Positions 1 to 9,709 of a stretch of DNA of 34,823 nt are shown piece after piece. The stretch comes from a virus, in the UHGV virus genome UHGV-0108273. The stretch is one strand, 5' to 3'. A program made the translations under genes and the position numbers. The stretch's first letter is position 1; each line of letters begins with the position of its first letter. The notes below the pieces were generated by a model, which did no database searches, was not told the DNA's origin, and worked only from the letters and a program-made list of their open reading frames with translations.

Positions 1-2430
1 AACTCCAATTACTTGTCTAAGAACAAACCTGTTATTGGTATAAGCAACTCCATTGTTTCCCTGTCCGGTATAGTTATTTTCAACCCCACCGGTGAGTTTG
101 CCATCAGATATGTTCAATACTTTAACACTCGCATATCCGCAAACTTCAGACATAAGCGTGAAACACCACGGTTTTCCTGAGTATGTAGAAACAGCGCTTT
201 TAGGCACGAAGAAGCTATGTAATCTTGTATTAGTAGCAGACCCATTATAATAGTCAGAGAATATCAATACGATTCCATGAGGTTGATTTGATACAGGGCT
301 ACTAAAAGTTATGGTATGAGTATTACTCGGCCATAAACTTCCGGTCCATAGTGTATTATTTGTAAACCTTTCGGTAACTGAACCTCTTACAAAGCCATTA
401 TCAGCAGTAAACGTCATAGCAGTTCTGATACTGTGAGGGGAATATGAATCTGTTGGGGTCATGAGAAAATAATTTTCGCTACTCCCATCAACTTTTCTAG
501 CAAACATTTTTACTGTAGGACTGACTCCTCCTCTATCCCCTTTAACGCTAACATAAGAAGCCACACCATCGTGTGACTCAAAATTTGCTAACATATCAGC
601 AATATCTGCTCTTAATACCACGCGATACTCTCCATCATAGCGGCTAGTGTAAATTGTTTCAGTAGTTGAGGCAGCATTAGCTTCGTATGTAATGATTGGA
701 TCATCATCATCTTCGAAATAAACGAGAACATCGTCTGTAAATGCTTCATCGTTTTCGATGACTAAAGTACCTTTTACAGTAGATATCTTACCTCTACCGT
801 TATTCATGGATATTACTGTATTATCTGAATTTTTCCCGAGATCTATTAACGATTCACCAAAAGTAGCCAACTCAGTAATTCCGTTTCTCATTTCGATGTC
901 TGTACTACTAATAAGAATATTTCTGCCAAGAGTTGATGTTCTCTTATCAGCAACCATAAGTCCATTAGCATCGAAACCGAGGAAGTTTGTAGCGGTTTTA
1001 GCAGCTTCTACAGCCTGACCATAAGGATCAATCCAGCTACTCCATGTTGAAGTTGAAGTTCCAACACGCCAATATTCTTTTCCAGTACCTTCGACTTTGG
1101 CTGTCTGTCTCGGATATCCTCCGCTAGTATCTTTGTACGGCATATCAGTTCGTAAATGACAGTAAGTCCCTACTCCAGACAATCCTATAGTAGAACAATA
1201 CTTGAATTCGGCAACTGATGTACTAGGATAATTATTTATGTAATATAGCGGCGGGTAATTCGAATTTTTGGTATCTTTTACGTCAAGTCCGTCGCCTTTT
1301 GGTCCTTGTGGTCCAGTAGGTCCTTGTGGTCCTGTTGCGCCTGTACTACCAGTTTCTCCTCGTGGTCCAGTAGGTCCTTGTGGTCCAGTGGCTCCTGTGG
1401 CTCCGGTGTTACCAGTAATACATACACCATTAGATGATGGAGTATATGATGTAGTGTTGTCTGTGTACGTTACCAGTGTTCTTCTCCAAATATACTTTCC
1501 ATCAGCCCACGTAGGTTGACTCGTACTCCATGATCCACCTGTTAATGTTGTCGGGGAATTGGATGAATAGAACTGTTCTTGTGTACTTTTTATGGTAGAA
1601 CCCAGTGTTACGCTCAATCCATTAGCAGTCTGTTCTAGAGTAGAGACCTCGCCTTCCAAATCTGTTACTTTCGAACTTAAACCACTGGCAGTCTGTTCTA
1701 CCGTACTAACCCTGTTTCCAAGAGAAGTAGTTTCCTGTACATTTGCTTCTATTCTGTCAGCATTTTGATCGATACTGGATTTAGCGTTTGTTAGATCTGT
1801 AGTGAGCTTCGATACATCCGAAGTTAAGCCATCAGCAGTCTGTTCAAGCGTGCTTGTCCTGACACCTAATTCATTTGTGGCGTTCACATTTGCTGTAATA
1901 CGTTCTCTTTCTATGTTCAGATCAGCTTCGTACTCCGTTCTGAGGTCATTCACGGCTTCCCATGAACTATCACAAACTGGGCTTGTGTATGCATTTGACG
2001 TTGGGTTCTTATACGTAATGAGATATCTCGTCCATAAATACATACCAGTAGACCAGGTAGGCATGGAAGTTACCCATGACCCGCCTGTCTGTGTTGTTTT
2101 GGAAGTGCTTAAATAATATTGCTGAGTGATGCTATCAATGCCAGTACCAGTAGGACCCTGAGATCCTGTTGCCCCGTCGGTTCCATTCTTAGGTATGTAA
2201 GATACTGAATATGTTGTAGATGTATCACCCTCTGTATATGTAATGACGGTTCTGCTCCACAAATACTGTCCAGGTGATACAGAGGGGATTGTCGTACTCC
2301 ATGTACCGTTTGGAGGATTTGTGCCTGACGTACCAGCCTGATAAGTTATGACTGTGGATGTAATTCCCTTGCCGTCTATTCCGTCTATAATGTCCGAGAT
2401 AGTAACCTCGGCTTTAGCTATCACAGCCAA
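1..2430 (-). CDS. Partial tail fibre / receptor-binding protein (N-terminal about 810 aa; continues beyond window start). Contains collagen-like Gly-X-Y tracts, a coiled-coil-like segment and three copies of a G-x-W-x-T-x-P...Y-[LI]-W-x-R-x-[LV]-[IV]-T-Y motif
   Basis: My own reverse-strand translation found no stop from about 2430 down to position 1. The ORF track lists no minus-strand ORF here, consistent with an ORF lacking a stop inside the window. Likely TTG (2428-2430) or GTG (2422-2424) start, with AAAGGA upstream. N-terminus 'AVIAKAEVTISDIIDGIDG' resembles the N-termini of the 457-aa and 374-aa proteins downstream of the tape measure gene. The plus-strand 'GPxGPxG' ORF at 1268..1519 is the antisense shadow of the collagen tract. 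Confidence 0.6.
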   Translation of the reverse strand, partial: MAVIAKAEVTISDIIDGIDGKGITSTVITYQAGTSGTNPPNGTWSTTIPSVSPGQYLWSRTVITYTEGDTSTTYSVSYIPKNGTDGATGSQGPTGTGIDSITQQYYLSTSKTTQTGGSWVTSMPTWSTGMYLWTRYLITYKNPTSNAYTSPVCDSSWEAVNDLRTEYEADLNIERERITANVNATNELGVRTSTLEQTADGLTSDVSKLTTDLTNAKSSIDQNADRIEANVQETTSLGNRVSTVEQTASGLSSKVTDLEGEVSTLEQTANGLSVTLGSTIKSTQEQFYSSNSPTTLTGGSWSTSQPTWADGKYIWRRTLVTYTDNTTSYTPSSNGVCITGNTGATGATGPQGPTGPRGETGSTGATGPQGPTGPQGPKGDGLDVKDTKNSNYPPLYYINNYPSTSVAEFKYCSTIGLSGVGTYCHLRTDMPYKDTSGGYPRQTAKVEGTGKEYWRVGTSTSTWSSWIDPYGQAVEAAKTATNFLGFDANGLMVADKRTSTLGRNILISSTDIEMRNGITELATFGESLIDLGKNSDNTVISMNNGRGKISTVKGTLVIENDEAFTDDVLVYFEDDDDPIITYEANAASTTETIYTSRYDGEYRVVLRADIADMLANFESHDGVASYVSVKGDRGGVSPTVKMFARKVDGSSENYFLMTPTDSYSPHSIRTAMTFTADNGFVRGSVTERFTNNTLWTGSLWPSNTHTITFSSPVSNQPHGIVLIFSDYYNGSATNTRLHSFFVPKSAVSTYSGKPWCFTLMSEVCGYASVKVLNISDGKLTGGVENNYTGQGNNGVAYTNNRFVLRQVIGV

Positions 2431-2450
2431 ATAACATCACTGTCCTTTCT

Positions 2451-2732
2451 CTAAATATCTGTAGCTCCCTCGAATTCAGGAAGTGTTTTAAGATACTCAT
2501 ATGCAAGTTCAATTGTCATATTAGGACTATAATCTGTCTCATAAGTCTTGCTCTTTTTATAAGCAACAGAATCGAATGTGTCTTTTTCGTCATTCCTTGC
2601 ATGTTCATCAATGTATGAGAGAACCGCTATGGAATTCTGCCGATTGATTGTCGACTGAATAAATAAGATTCTATGATAGTTTGTAGTAACGCCGTCCAGT
2701 TGTTTAATAGCTTTACATAATGCCATAATCAT
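2451..2732 (-). CDS. Hypothetical small protein (93 aa) between tail fibre genes
   Basis: ORF on the same strand as the flanking structural genes, tightly spaced; no recognisable motif. Confidence 0.4.
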   Translation of the reverse strand: MIMALCKAIKQLDGVTTNYHRILFIQSTINRQNSIAVLSYIDEHARNDEKDTFDSVAYKKSKTYETDYSPNMTIELAYEYLKTLPEFEGATDI

Positions 2733-2740
2733 CAGTCTCC

Positions 2741-4525
2741 TTAACTAAAAGTAATCTTTCCGTCCCAATATATACCAATAGCATCATTGTTTGTTACATT
2801 TGTTGTGTTAGTAAAAACTACTTTAATATAAACACCAACTCCATATGTAGCGTACGTATCATATGAATCGGGTTTCACATAAACAGAAGCAGCCGATCCG
2901 TGTGTATACTTAGTGTTCTGCCTTAATACAAAACCGTCCAAACTGGTAGCCGTTGCAGTTGGTGATCCTATTATTGGTTTTGACATAGGAACCCAGAATG
3001 AAATATCTCTGCCGGAATTAGTCACATAACCAGCAGTTCGTAATGTTATCGAAATGGTATCTCCACGCGAATAATATGGTTTGTATGTACCTGGACTAGC
3101 CAAGTCACTAATACCAAATGTTATGTTATGACCATAAATATTCGTGTTGCCCGTTCTAGCATCCCAGTTTCCATACCCGACAATAGTATTACCATATTGG
3201 TTCTGAGCCTGGAATGCTTCGTGATAAGTCCCATCGGTAGCATTTTTAGCTATAATGGAATTCGGAGAATCCAGAACCACATCTTGCCTAAAATAAGCTT
3301 TATAATTAACATCAAAAGCGTCATTTAACTCAGCTGGTTTACCAATTGATACACCTTTTCCTCCAGCTTTAAAGTCGATAGGAAATCTAGCACCACCAAG
3401 AGTTTTCTTAACCGATGTAGTACCATTCTTACTATCAGTTACTTTAATTGTGAATTCATAAGATTTATCAACGTTTAACGCATTATCTCCTACTACTACA
3501 GAAGCGCTTCCACTATTACCAGATGCAGAGATGGTTTTCGTGTTGGTCAACCATGACACAGTTACTGATGTTACCGGGTTTGATCCGGTTAACTGACTAC
3601 AAGACCAATTAAATGTAATCTTACAATAAGTTCCGGTTTCCTGTGTCGTACCGCTTGAATTACAACGAGTAACTTTCACGCTTGATATAGTTGGAGGCTT
3701 ATACGCAAGTTCCCATACAGCGTAAAGAGTAATAGCAGCATTTGAAGTATAGTTAGCTCCTGCCGCATAAGCTACAGCACCTGTCGCAGACTTAGCCCAA
3801 CCTTTAAAGTTATAGTTCGTCCTGGTAGGTTTAGTAGTTGATAATTTAAGAGTTACACCGTACGTTTTCGTTTGCTGTGCAGGTGCTCCACTTCCTCCGT
3901 TAGCATTATAAGTAACTTTGTAAGTGATAGCCTGCCATACCGCATAAAGAGTAACACTCGCATTTGCTGTATAACTTGCCCCAGCAGCATAAGCCACACC
4001 CCCAGTAGAAGATGTGGCCCAACCTTTAAATGTATATCCTGTTCTCGTAGGTTTTGTAGACGATAATGTAATGTTTGTTCCATGCCATTTTGTCTGTTGA
4101 GATGGAGCACCTGAACCTCCGTTTGCGTTATAACTAATCTTATAGGAAGTTTTAGCCGCAACCGAGATCGATCCACTGGCAGTCTTAGTTCCAGCGTAGG
4201 TTCCGCTCCATGTGAAATTCATTTCAAAGGAGAACCACAAAGCGATAGATCTTGCTGATGTTCCCTTTGTAATAGTTACGGTTCCACTTGTAATTGTCTG
4301 AGAACTTTTACCACCTATGGAGAATGTTCCAGATTTAACAACTTTACCATCTATTTTGACACTGTAATTTTTCGCAACGCTAGAGTTAACAGTATATCCA
4401 TGAGTTACCCATTTGAGTGTCCAAGAAAGTGTGGCAGTGGTTGCAGTACTACTTGACTGAGTTACTACAAGTTGAACCTGCGGACAGGATGAACTACCAA
4501 ATTGTGCCGTTGTTAAAGTTGCCAT
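2741..4525 (-). CDS. Tail / receptor-binding protein with two tandem Listeria-Bacteroides-type (Flg_new-like) repeats
   Basis: 594-aa ORF. Two copies of 'YNANGGSGAP.QQTK..G..L.STKPTRTGY.FKGWA.S.TG.VAYAAGA.YT.NA..TLYAVW', matching the Y..F..NGG...P.R.GY.F.GW......Y.....TLYA.W signature. Start ATG overlaps the stop of the upstream gene (ATGA-type coupling at 4525). Confidence 0.7.
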   Translation of the reverse strand: MATLTTAQFGSSSCPQVQLVVTQSSSTATTATLSWTLKWVTHGYTVNSSVAKNYSVKIDGKVVKSGTFSIGGKSSQTITSGTVTITKGTSARSIALWFSFEMNFTWSGTYAGTKTASGSISVAAKTSYKISYNANGGSGAPSQQTKWHGTNITLSSTKPTRTGYTFKGWATSSTGGVAYAAGASYTANASVTLYAVWQAITYKVTYNANGGSGAPAQQTKTYGVTLKLSTTKPTRTNYNFKGWAKSATGAVAYAAGANYTSNAAITLYAVWELAYKPPTISSVKVTRCNSSGTTQETGTYCKITFNWSCSQLTGSNPVTSVTVSWLTNTKTISASGNSGSASVVVGDNALNVDKSYEFTIKVTDSKNGTTSVKKTLGGARFPIDFKAGGKGVSIGKPAELNDAFDVNYKAYFRQDVVLDSPNSIIAKNATDGTYHEAFQAQNQYGNTIVGYGNWDARTGNTNIYGHNITFGISDLASPGTYKPYYSRGDTISITLRTAGYVTNSGRDISFWVPMSKPIIGSPTATATSLDGFVLRQNTKYTHGSAASVYVKPDSYDTYATYGVGVYIKVVFTNTTNVTNNDAIGIYWDGKITFS

Positions 4526-5898
4526 TATGAATCACTTCCTTTCCAAATGAGACCCATGTTACCGTTACTGCGCTCTGCAAATGCAAATCCGCCAAATGCT
4601 AATTCATCCTCAACTTCTGCTTTTCCGATTTTTAACGATTGGTTAGTTACATATGCCGGGACGGTTGTACCATCCATGAATTTTATAGCTGTATTGGTGA
4701 TTAGAACTTTAAACGAACTCTCATTTCCAAGCTCAATGCACGGTTCGTCTCCATCAGTTGTGATTCGAATATAATTCGTTAACTCTTCCAAACCTGTCAC
4801 AGCATTTTCCAATGCAGTGATATCTCCACCTTGAGCGTCAATATCATTCTCCAAAGACTTTATTCCATCAATAGCATTCTGTAATTGAGTTAAAGTCTCA
4901 CCCATAGAAAATATCCATCCACTTGATGTTTGCTCCATTAACGAAGCTCCGCTACCGTCAACAACCATGGTAGATATTGAATCAGCTATCTGTGAAATCC
5001 TAGATTCTGCTTGTTCGATACGTTCAGTCAATCTATCGGCTGCATCTTGAGCAGCATTTTCCGCTGCTTCTAAGCCATTAGATGACGCTAAATCTTCCGG
5101 AGCCGGTGTCCAGTCGGTTGCTTTGTTTCCGAGTTCGAATTTAACATTTCGAATTTTGCAACCTACCTGTGTTGGACAATATATCTCTATTTTGTTACTA
5201 CTAATCAAGTCAGTTCCTTCTTCTCCTTTATCAGCAACGGTAATGTCCAATTCTTGATGTACCCAAGTAGTTCCAACAGCCTGGATTGAATTGTTTATAG
5301 TCATTACATATCTGGGTGTTCCGTTCGTATTATATACATTGCAAGTTGTACTTCCGTTTGGACTAACGATATCAAAACTCATTTTGACTTTTTCCCCAAC
5401 GAAGTTACTCATAGGAACTGTCAGATTATAAAATTGTGAAAAAGAACCTGTATCTTGATATGTTGCTAAGACATATTCATTATTTTCATCAAATGGTAAA
5501 CCACTACGACCATCACCATCATAATCAACGTCTCTTGTTCCGAAATAGTTTCTTCCTCCTATTTCAAGTCCGTCAATCTTATTATTAGTGCTATTCGCAG
5601 TGTTCTGTGCATTAACCGCTTTGTTGTATGCCTGCTTCGCCGCTTCATACGAGCTCGATTTCGAAACTGACGAATATCTAAAATTCCCATTTGTAAATAC
5701 AGTACAATCCACGAAATATAAAGTATTAGTAGATCCAGCACTGTATGAAGGTTCCGTCAATGACCAATTACCGCCTGGCGGATTACTTGTGGGTTTGGCC
5801 GGGATGTTGGTAGTAGACGATTGTAACAGATAATATCGAGTTACAGATTCTATATCAACGATATGGGATATTGTTATCTCGGCCTTCCCCCTAATCAT
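4525..5898 (-). CDS. Tail fibre / tail-associated protein (457 aa)
   Basis: N-terminus 'MIRGKAEITISHIVDIESV' is paralogous to the other fibre N-termini; 'GGNWSLTEPSYSAG...LYF' motif; coiled-coil-like central region (AENAAQDAADRLTERIEQAESRISQ); translationally coupled to the downstream gene. Confidence 0.6.
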   Translation of the reverse strand: MIRGKAEITISHIVDIESVTRYYLLQSSTTNIPAKPTSNPPGGNWSLTEPSYSAGSTNTLYFVDCTVFTNGNFRYSSVSKSSSYEAAKQAYNKAVNAQNTANSTNNKIDGLEIGGRNYFGTRDVDYDGDGRSGLPFDENNEYVLATYQDTGSFSQFYNLTVPMSNFVGEKVKMSFDIVSPNGSTTCNVYNTNGTPRYVMTINNSIQAVGTTWVHQELDITVADKGEEGTDLISSNKIEIYCPTQVGCKIRNVKFELGNKATDWTPAPEDLASSNGLEAAENAAQDAADRLTERIEQAESRISQIADSISTMVVDGSGASLMEQTSSGWIFSMGETLTQLQNAIDGIKSLENDIDAQGGDITALENAVTGLEELTNYIRITTDGDEPCIELGNESSFKVLITNTAIKFMDGTTVPAYVTNQSLKIGKAEVEDELAFGGFAFAERSNGNMGLIWKGSDS

Positions 5899-5908
5899 AT
5901 TAAGCTCC

Positions 5909-7033
5909 TTACTGCTCTAACTGAGCGGTATAAACTACAGAATTAGTAACCTCAGCCGCTGATACGCTCAATGTCTTACTGGTTTTAATTGCTGTAGTTG
6001 ATCCCTGTTTATACCATTTAATACTTCCAAGAGATCCGCATACTCCGGCGTCCGTGATTGACTGTTCAATAGCGCCTTTAAATACATGAGCTGTTAATAC
6101 AGTAGAGCCGGAATTGTTCTTAAATATAGTTCCGTTTGAGGAAGTAATGGTAATTGTAATAGCATCAGCTCCAGCATTACCCTGAGCACCTGTTGCTCCA
6201 TGAGTTCCGATGATTGCTGGAGTAGAAGAAGCTGTCTGACCATTTGTATATGTAGTCTTCTGATATGACCAAATATATTTGTTTGTTGTTGTAGTTGCTG
6301 TCGGTGTAGTTGACCATCCACTTGTAGATGTAGTCACTCCACTTGATGCGGATGTTGTAAGGTAGAAAGTTTCAACCTTCGATATGCCATTACCTGTAGC
6401 ACCTGTCTGACCTGTAGCTCCTGTTGCCCCATGAGTACCAATAATGACAGGTGTGGTTGTGGTCGGAGAACCTGTAGTATACGAAATTTTCTGATAACTC
6501 CACAAATATTTGTTAGTTGTTGTAGTGGACTGCATTGATGTTGTCCATCCGGTAGTAGAAGTAGTAACACCAGAAGGAGATGATGAAGCCAGGTAGTAGG
6601 TTTCAACTCCCGTAATACCTTTTCCCGGAGATCCAGTAGCTCCTGTCTGTCCAGTTGCTCCTGTCTGCCCCTTCATCGCTACCGCAAACGAGAACTTCTT
6701 ATTTACGGTGATTCCATCCACTACTACAGGTATTGTAGCCTCACAAGCTTCTGTAATTGCAGCTGTTGTTGTGAATGTTATTTTCACGGCTGATGTTCCA
6801 CTGTTTGCCACAGATGCACTAATTCCTTCTGGACAAGTTATATTAGCTGCTGTAACACTAACCGATGAACACTGATTTGTTCCGCAGAATGCAACAGCTT
6901 CTGTAGTACAAGTCAGACCAGTAGCTGTACCGCTAGTACCTCCAACAAAAGTGTAAGCTTCACTAGTTAACATGACTGAATACGCGTCTGTAACGTCTAT
7001 AATCGTAATCTGATCAGCTGATCTAATTGCCAT
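5909..7033 (-). CDS. Tail fibre-like structural protein with short collagen-like tracts and an internal tandem duplication (374 aa)
   Basis: N-terminus 'MAIRSADQITIIDVTDAYSV'; GQTGATGQTGATG tracts; duplicated segment 'SGVTTSTTGW.TS...TTTTNKY[LI]WSYQK..YT.G......P.IIGTHGATGA'; preceded by GGAGGAAAATCAAAATGG. Confidence 0.6.
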   Translation of the reverse strand: MAIRSADQITIIDVTDAYSVMLTSEAYTFVGGTSGTATGLTCTTEAVAFCGTNQCSSVSVTAANITCPEGISASVANSGTSAVKITFTTTAAITEACEATIPVVVDGITVNKKFSFAVAMKGQTGATGQTGATGSPGKGITGVETYYLASSSPSGVTTSTTGWTTSMQSTTTTNKYLWSYQKISYTTGSPTTTTPVIIGTHGATGATGQTGATGNGISKVETFYLTTSASSGVTTSTSGWSTTPTATTTTNKYIWSYQKTTYTNGQTASSTPAIIGTHGATGAQGNAGADAITITITSSNGTIFKNNSGSTVLTAHVFKGAIEQSITDAGVCGSLGSIKWYKQGSTTAIKTSKTLSVSAAEVTNSVVYTAQLEQ

Positions 7034-7051
7034 TTTGATTTTCCTCCCTTA

Positions 7052-8626
7052 TTAAACAATTAATTGACATAGAAATGTGATTTTTGTATCGACGTCTTCA
7101 GGACTTAGTGTGAAGGTAAAACCATCGTTGCCAAGTCGCTCATCGTCGGCTGATATAACTCCAAATGAATCGTCATTAAGTCGTTGCCAGCTCCATTCAA
7201 GGTATGCACCAGGACCAACTGCCTCTTTAAGGGTTTTCATATCTGTAATTCTTCTGCTTCCACGATAAATAACCGCCGATAATACGGTGGCTACTTGATC
7301 GTTCTTAAATACAGTTCCTCTCGATGATTCAATCCTCAAAAGAGTTGTTACTTCATCCTCAATCTGGGTCATATGATTTTTGATGCTATCAATCTCTTCT
7401 TGAAGACTTGGACCGCTGCTACCACCAGCAGACATTGATATGCTGTTTGCTGATATTTCGAGCTTATAAGTACCGTCTTCTGTTTTATAATATTTCAAGA
7501 AATTGCTAGAGTCTCCGAAAGCTATTTGCCCCTCATTATCGAGATAAATACCACGAGTATTGTTATCTACAGTCTCTTTAACTCCAGAATATATGGAATT
7601 GTTTGTTATATTAAGTCCACCAATAGTTGCGCCAAAAGCAACCAAATCGCTAACTGATATCTTCTCTGCTGTTACTGATTTCGCTCTAATGACTTGTCCA
7701 TTAAGGCTGTTATAATCAGTTTGTTCGGCTTCTGTGGTAACTCCATCTGTATTAAGTTTGTAATATAGACCGTCTTCACCTTTCACCACTAACTTATCAG
7801 CAACAATAGTATTGGCTTCAATCATGTCACCACGGATAGTAACACCGACCAACTCTCCTGTGAGCGTTTGATCTCCTACAACCAAATCTTTAATAAGACC
7901 ACTTTCAGTAAATAAGTTTGTAATAGCAGCTTTTCCGATATTGGAAAAATCGATATTGGCATATTTACCGTCAAGGTTGGCAATTGTAGCGTTGATGGCA
8001 GTTAAATCCTCTGTGGTAAGATTCTTGAAGTTACCAAAGTCAGATTCTAAATTATGAATATTAGCGTCGACAGCTTCCAGACTTCCTATTGTCGCGTATT
8101 TAATATCAGCTATATCGGCATCGAGTTTCTTAGCGTTTAAGTTTTCTATTTCCGCAGAATTAGCGGTTAGTTTCCCTTCAATTGTTGCATCATTGGCTTT
8201 TAATGTTTCAATATCGGCTTTGCTAGCAGTCAATGTATCTTTAATAGTCACATTATCACTGACTAAGTCATCGATACGACCCATCTGAGCATCGAATTCT
8301 TTAGTACTTACTTTGTCAGCAATTACTATTTCGAATTCTGATATTTGATCACCAATTTCCGTAACAACTTTATTACTAGCCGACGGGGATGACGTGCTAC
8401 CAGTGACAGTCGCAGAATGGTCTTTAATTGTCACAATAACTCGGTCACCGTTTTCTACTACTGTAGTAGATTTCATAGGTGTTAATAGATCAGACCCATC
8501 AAGCTTTACAAATTTCTCACCATTGTAATCGACTATTGTTCCAAAAGAGGTGCTTTCGGAAGGTTCCTTTTTGGTATCTTTAGTCGCTTTTACGAATTGT
8601 GATATCAAATCGCTAGAGAGTCCCAT
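7052..8626 (-). CDS. Tail fibre / baseplate protein with coiled-coil-like repeats (524 aa)
   Basis: Long ORF in the structural operon; heptad-like N/D/I/L-rich central region (ANSAEIENLNAKKLDADIADIKYATIGSLEAVDANIHNLESDF...). Confidence 0.55.
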   Translation of the reverse strand: MGLSSDLISQFVKATKDTKKEPSESTSFGTIVDYNGEKFVKLDGSDLLTPMKSTTVVENGDRVIVTIKDHSATVTGSTSSPSASNKVVTEIGDQISEFEIVIADKVSTKEFDAQMGRIDDLVSDNVTIKDTLTASKADIETLKANDATIEGKLTANSAEIENLNAKKLDADIADIKYATIGSLEAVDANIHNLESDFGNFKNLTTEDLTAINATIANLDGKYANIDFSNIGKAAITNLFTESGLIKDLVVGDQTLTGELVGVTIRGDMIEANTIVADKLVVKGEDGLYYKLNTDGVTTEAEQTDYNSLNGQVIRAKSVTAEKISVSDLVAFGATIGGLNITNNSIYSGVKETVDNNTRGIYLDNEGQIAFGDSSNFLKYYKTEDGTYKLEISANSISMSAGGSSGPSLQEEIDSIKNHMTQIEDEVTTLLRIESSRGTVFKNDQVATVLSAVIYRGSRRITDMKTLKEAVGPGAYLEWSWQRLNDDSFGVISADDERLGNDGFTFTLSPEDVDTKITFLCQLIV

Positions 8627-8632
8627 TAAATA

Positions 8633-9709
8633 TCACCCCCATAATTTAGTTGTAAATACAGCTTTCTCTGTAACTGGACATCCAGGCTCACATTTGATAG
8701 ATTGACTAACAACTTTGGCTTTTATGTTACTTATTCCAGCTCGTTTATAGTTAAGACGTACACAATCATTTAACCGTACAGGACAATACGCGTGAGTATA
8801 TGTCACCGTATATTCAAGGCAGGACACTTCACGGAGTAATTGCTCTGCATATTTTTGAATCTGTGATTCGGTCGGTATACCTGACAAGCTAGGATTAGTC
8901 ACTCGATGTAAAATCTCTCGACCGCGATTGATAGTAGAAGTTGGACTATTTTCGTCGTCATTAACTGCCCTACCGTAATAAATATCGTTAGCGTCAGAGT
9001 ATACTACCTCAACAACATTCGGTATTCCGTACAGATCATGATTTACTGTTATCTCAGGATACAAGATAGAACTATTATTATCATCATAGGTATGAACAGG
9101 TTGCAAAGAGGCCGTATCCTGATCGGGAGCGAAAAGAATACGACCTAATTCGTCTAAACTAAGTTTATATTTTGCATTTGATATCAAATCCGAAGTAAAT
9201 GTTATCCAAGTATCATCCGTGTTTGCTACAAAATCGTTATATAATTCAGTCTCATTGTCTGCTTTTATAACTGGTGCTCTTACGTTGTCACGACATATCT
9301 GATAGGCCATTTTCATGATGTTCTCGCCTTTTAATATGGAATATCCAAGAGGTGGTGGATTCTCCTTTAACTCAATCAGTGGTGTGTAAGCGTCAAGAGT
9401 GTTGTCTTGTTTCTTACCGTCGAATGATGAGGATGGGGTTTGAACTAAGTAAGTGCCTAGAGGATGTTTCTCAGTTAATCCATTTTGAATCGTAATGAGA
9501 TAAACCCTCACATAGCACTCACCGATAGTTTCCGTAATATCTAATGTAGCTGATCCAAGTGTTTCAGCCCCTGAGTCTCTGGAAATAGAACACGATTTCA
9601 CGGTATCTATTCGTTTCATATCTTTCCATGTGCCTGGATCGACTATATAGTATTCAAATGTCTGTTCCATCGACTTAGTCCAATCTGGCATATCAGATAC
9701 CTCCTTCAA
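8633..9709 (-). CDS. Tail / baseplate structural protein (358 aa)
   Basis: ORF overlapping the upstream gene by 17 nt and positioned among tail genes; no specific domain recognised by eye. Confidence 0.5.
   Translation of the reverse strand: MKEVSDMPDWTKSMEQTFEYYIVDPGTWKDMKRIDTVKSCSISRDSGAETLGSATLDITETIGECYVRVYLITIQNGLTEKHPLGTYLVQTPSSSFDGKKQDNTLDAYTPLIELKENPPPLGYSILKGENIMKMAYQICRDNVRAPVIKADNETELYNDFVANTDDTWITFTSDLISNAKYKLSLDELGRILFAPDQDTASLQPVHTYDDNNSSILYPEITVNHDLYGIPNVVEVVYSDANDIYYGRAVNDDENSPTSTINRGREILHRVTNPSLSGIPTESQIQKYAEQLLREVSCLEYTVTYTHAYCPVRLNDCVRLNYKRAGISNIKAKVVSQSIKCEPGCPVTEKAVFTTKLWG

Noticed and set aside
1268-1519. Plus-strand ORF with a 'GPCGPVGPCGPVAPV' collagen-like translation
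   Set aside because: Antisense shadow of the Gly-X-Y-encoding tract of the minus-strand tail fibre gene; the minus frame is open across the whole region.
3128-4176. Short ORFs on both strands inside the 594-aa gene (3128..3328 +, 3872..4066 +, 3853..4176 -)
   Set aside because: Nested alternative-frame ORFs with no RBS; the 594-aa frame carries the recognisable repeat domains.
6094-6606. Minus-strand ORFs 6094..6321 and 6334..6606 (Gln/Leu-rich) nested inside the 374-aa fibre gene
   Set aside because: Alternative-frame ORFs produced by the repetitive codon pattern; the longer overlapping frame has the RBS and structural-protein features.
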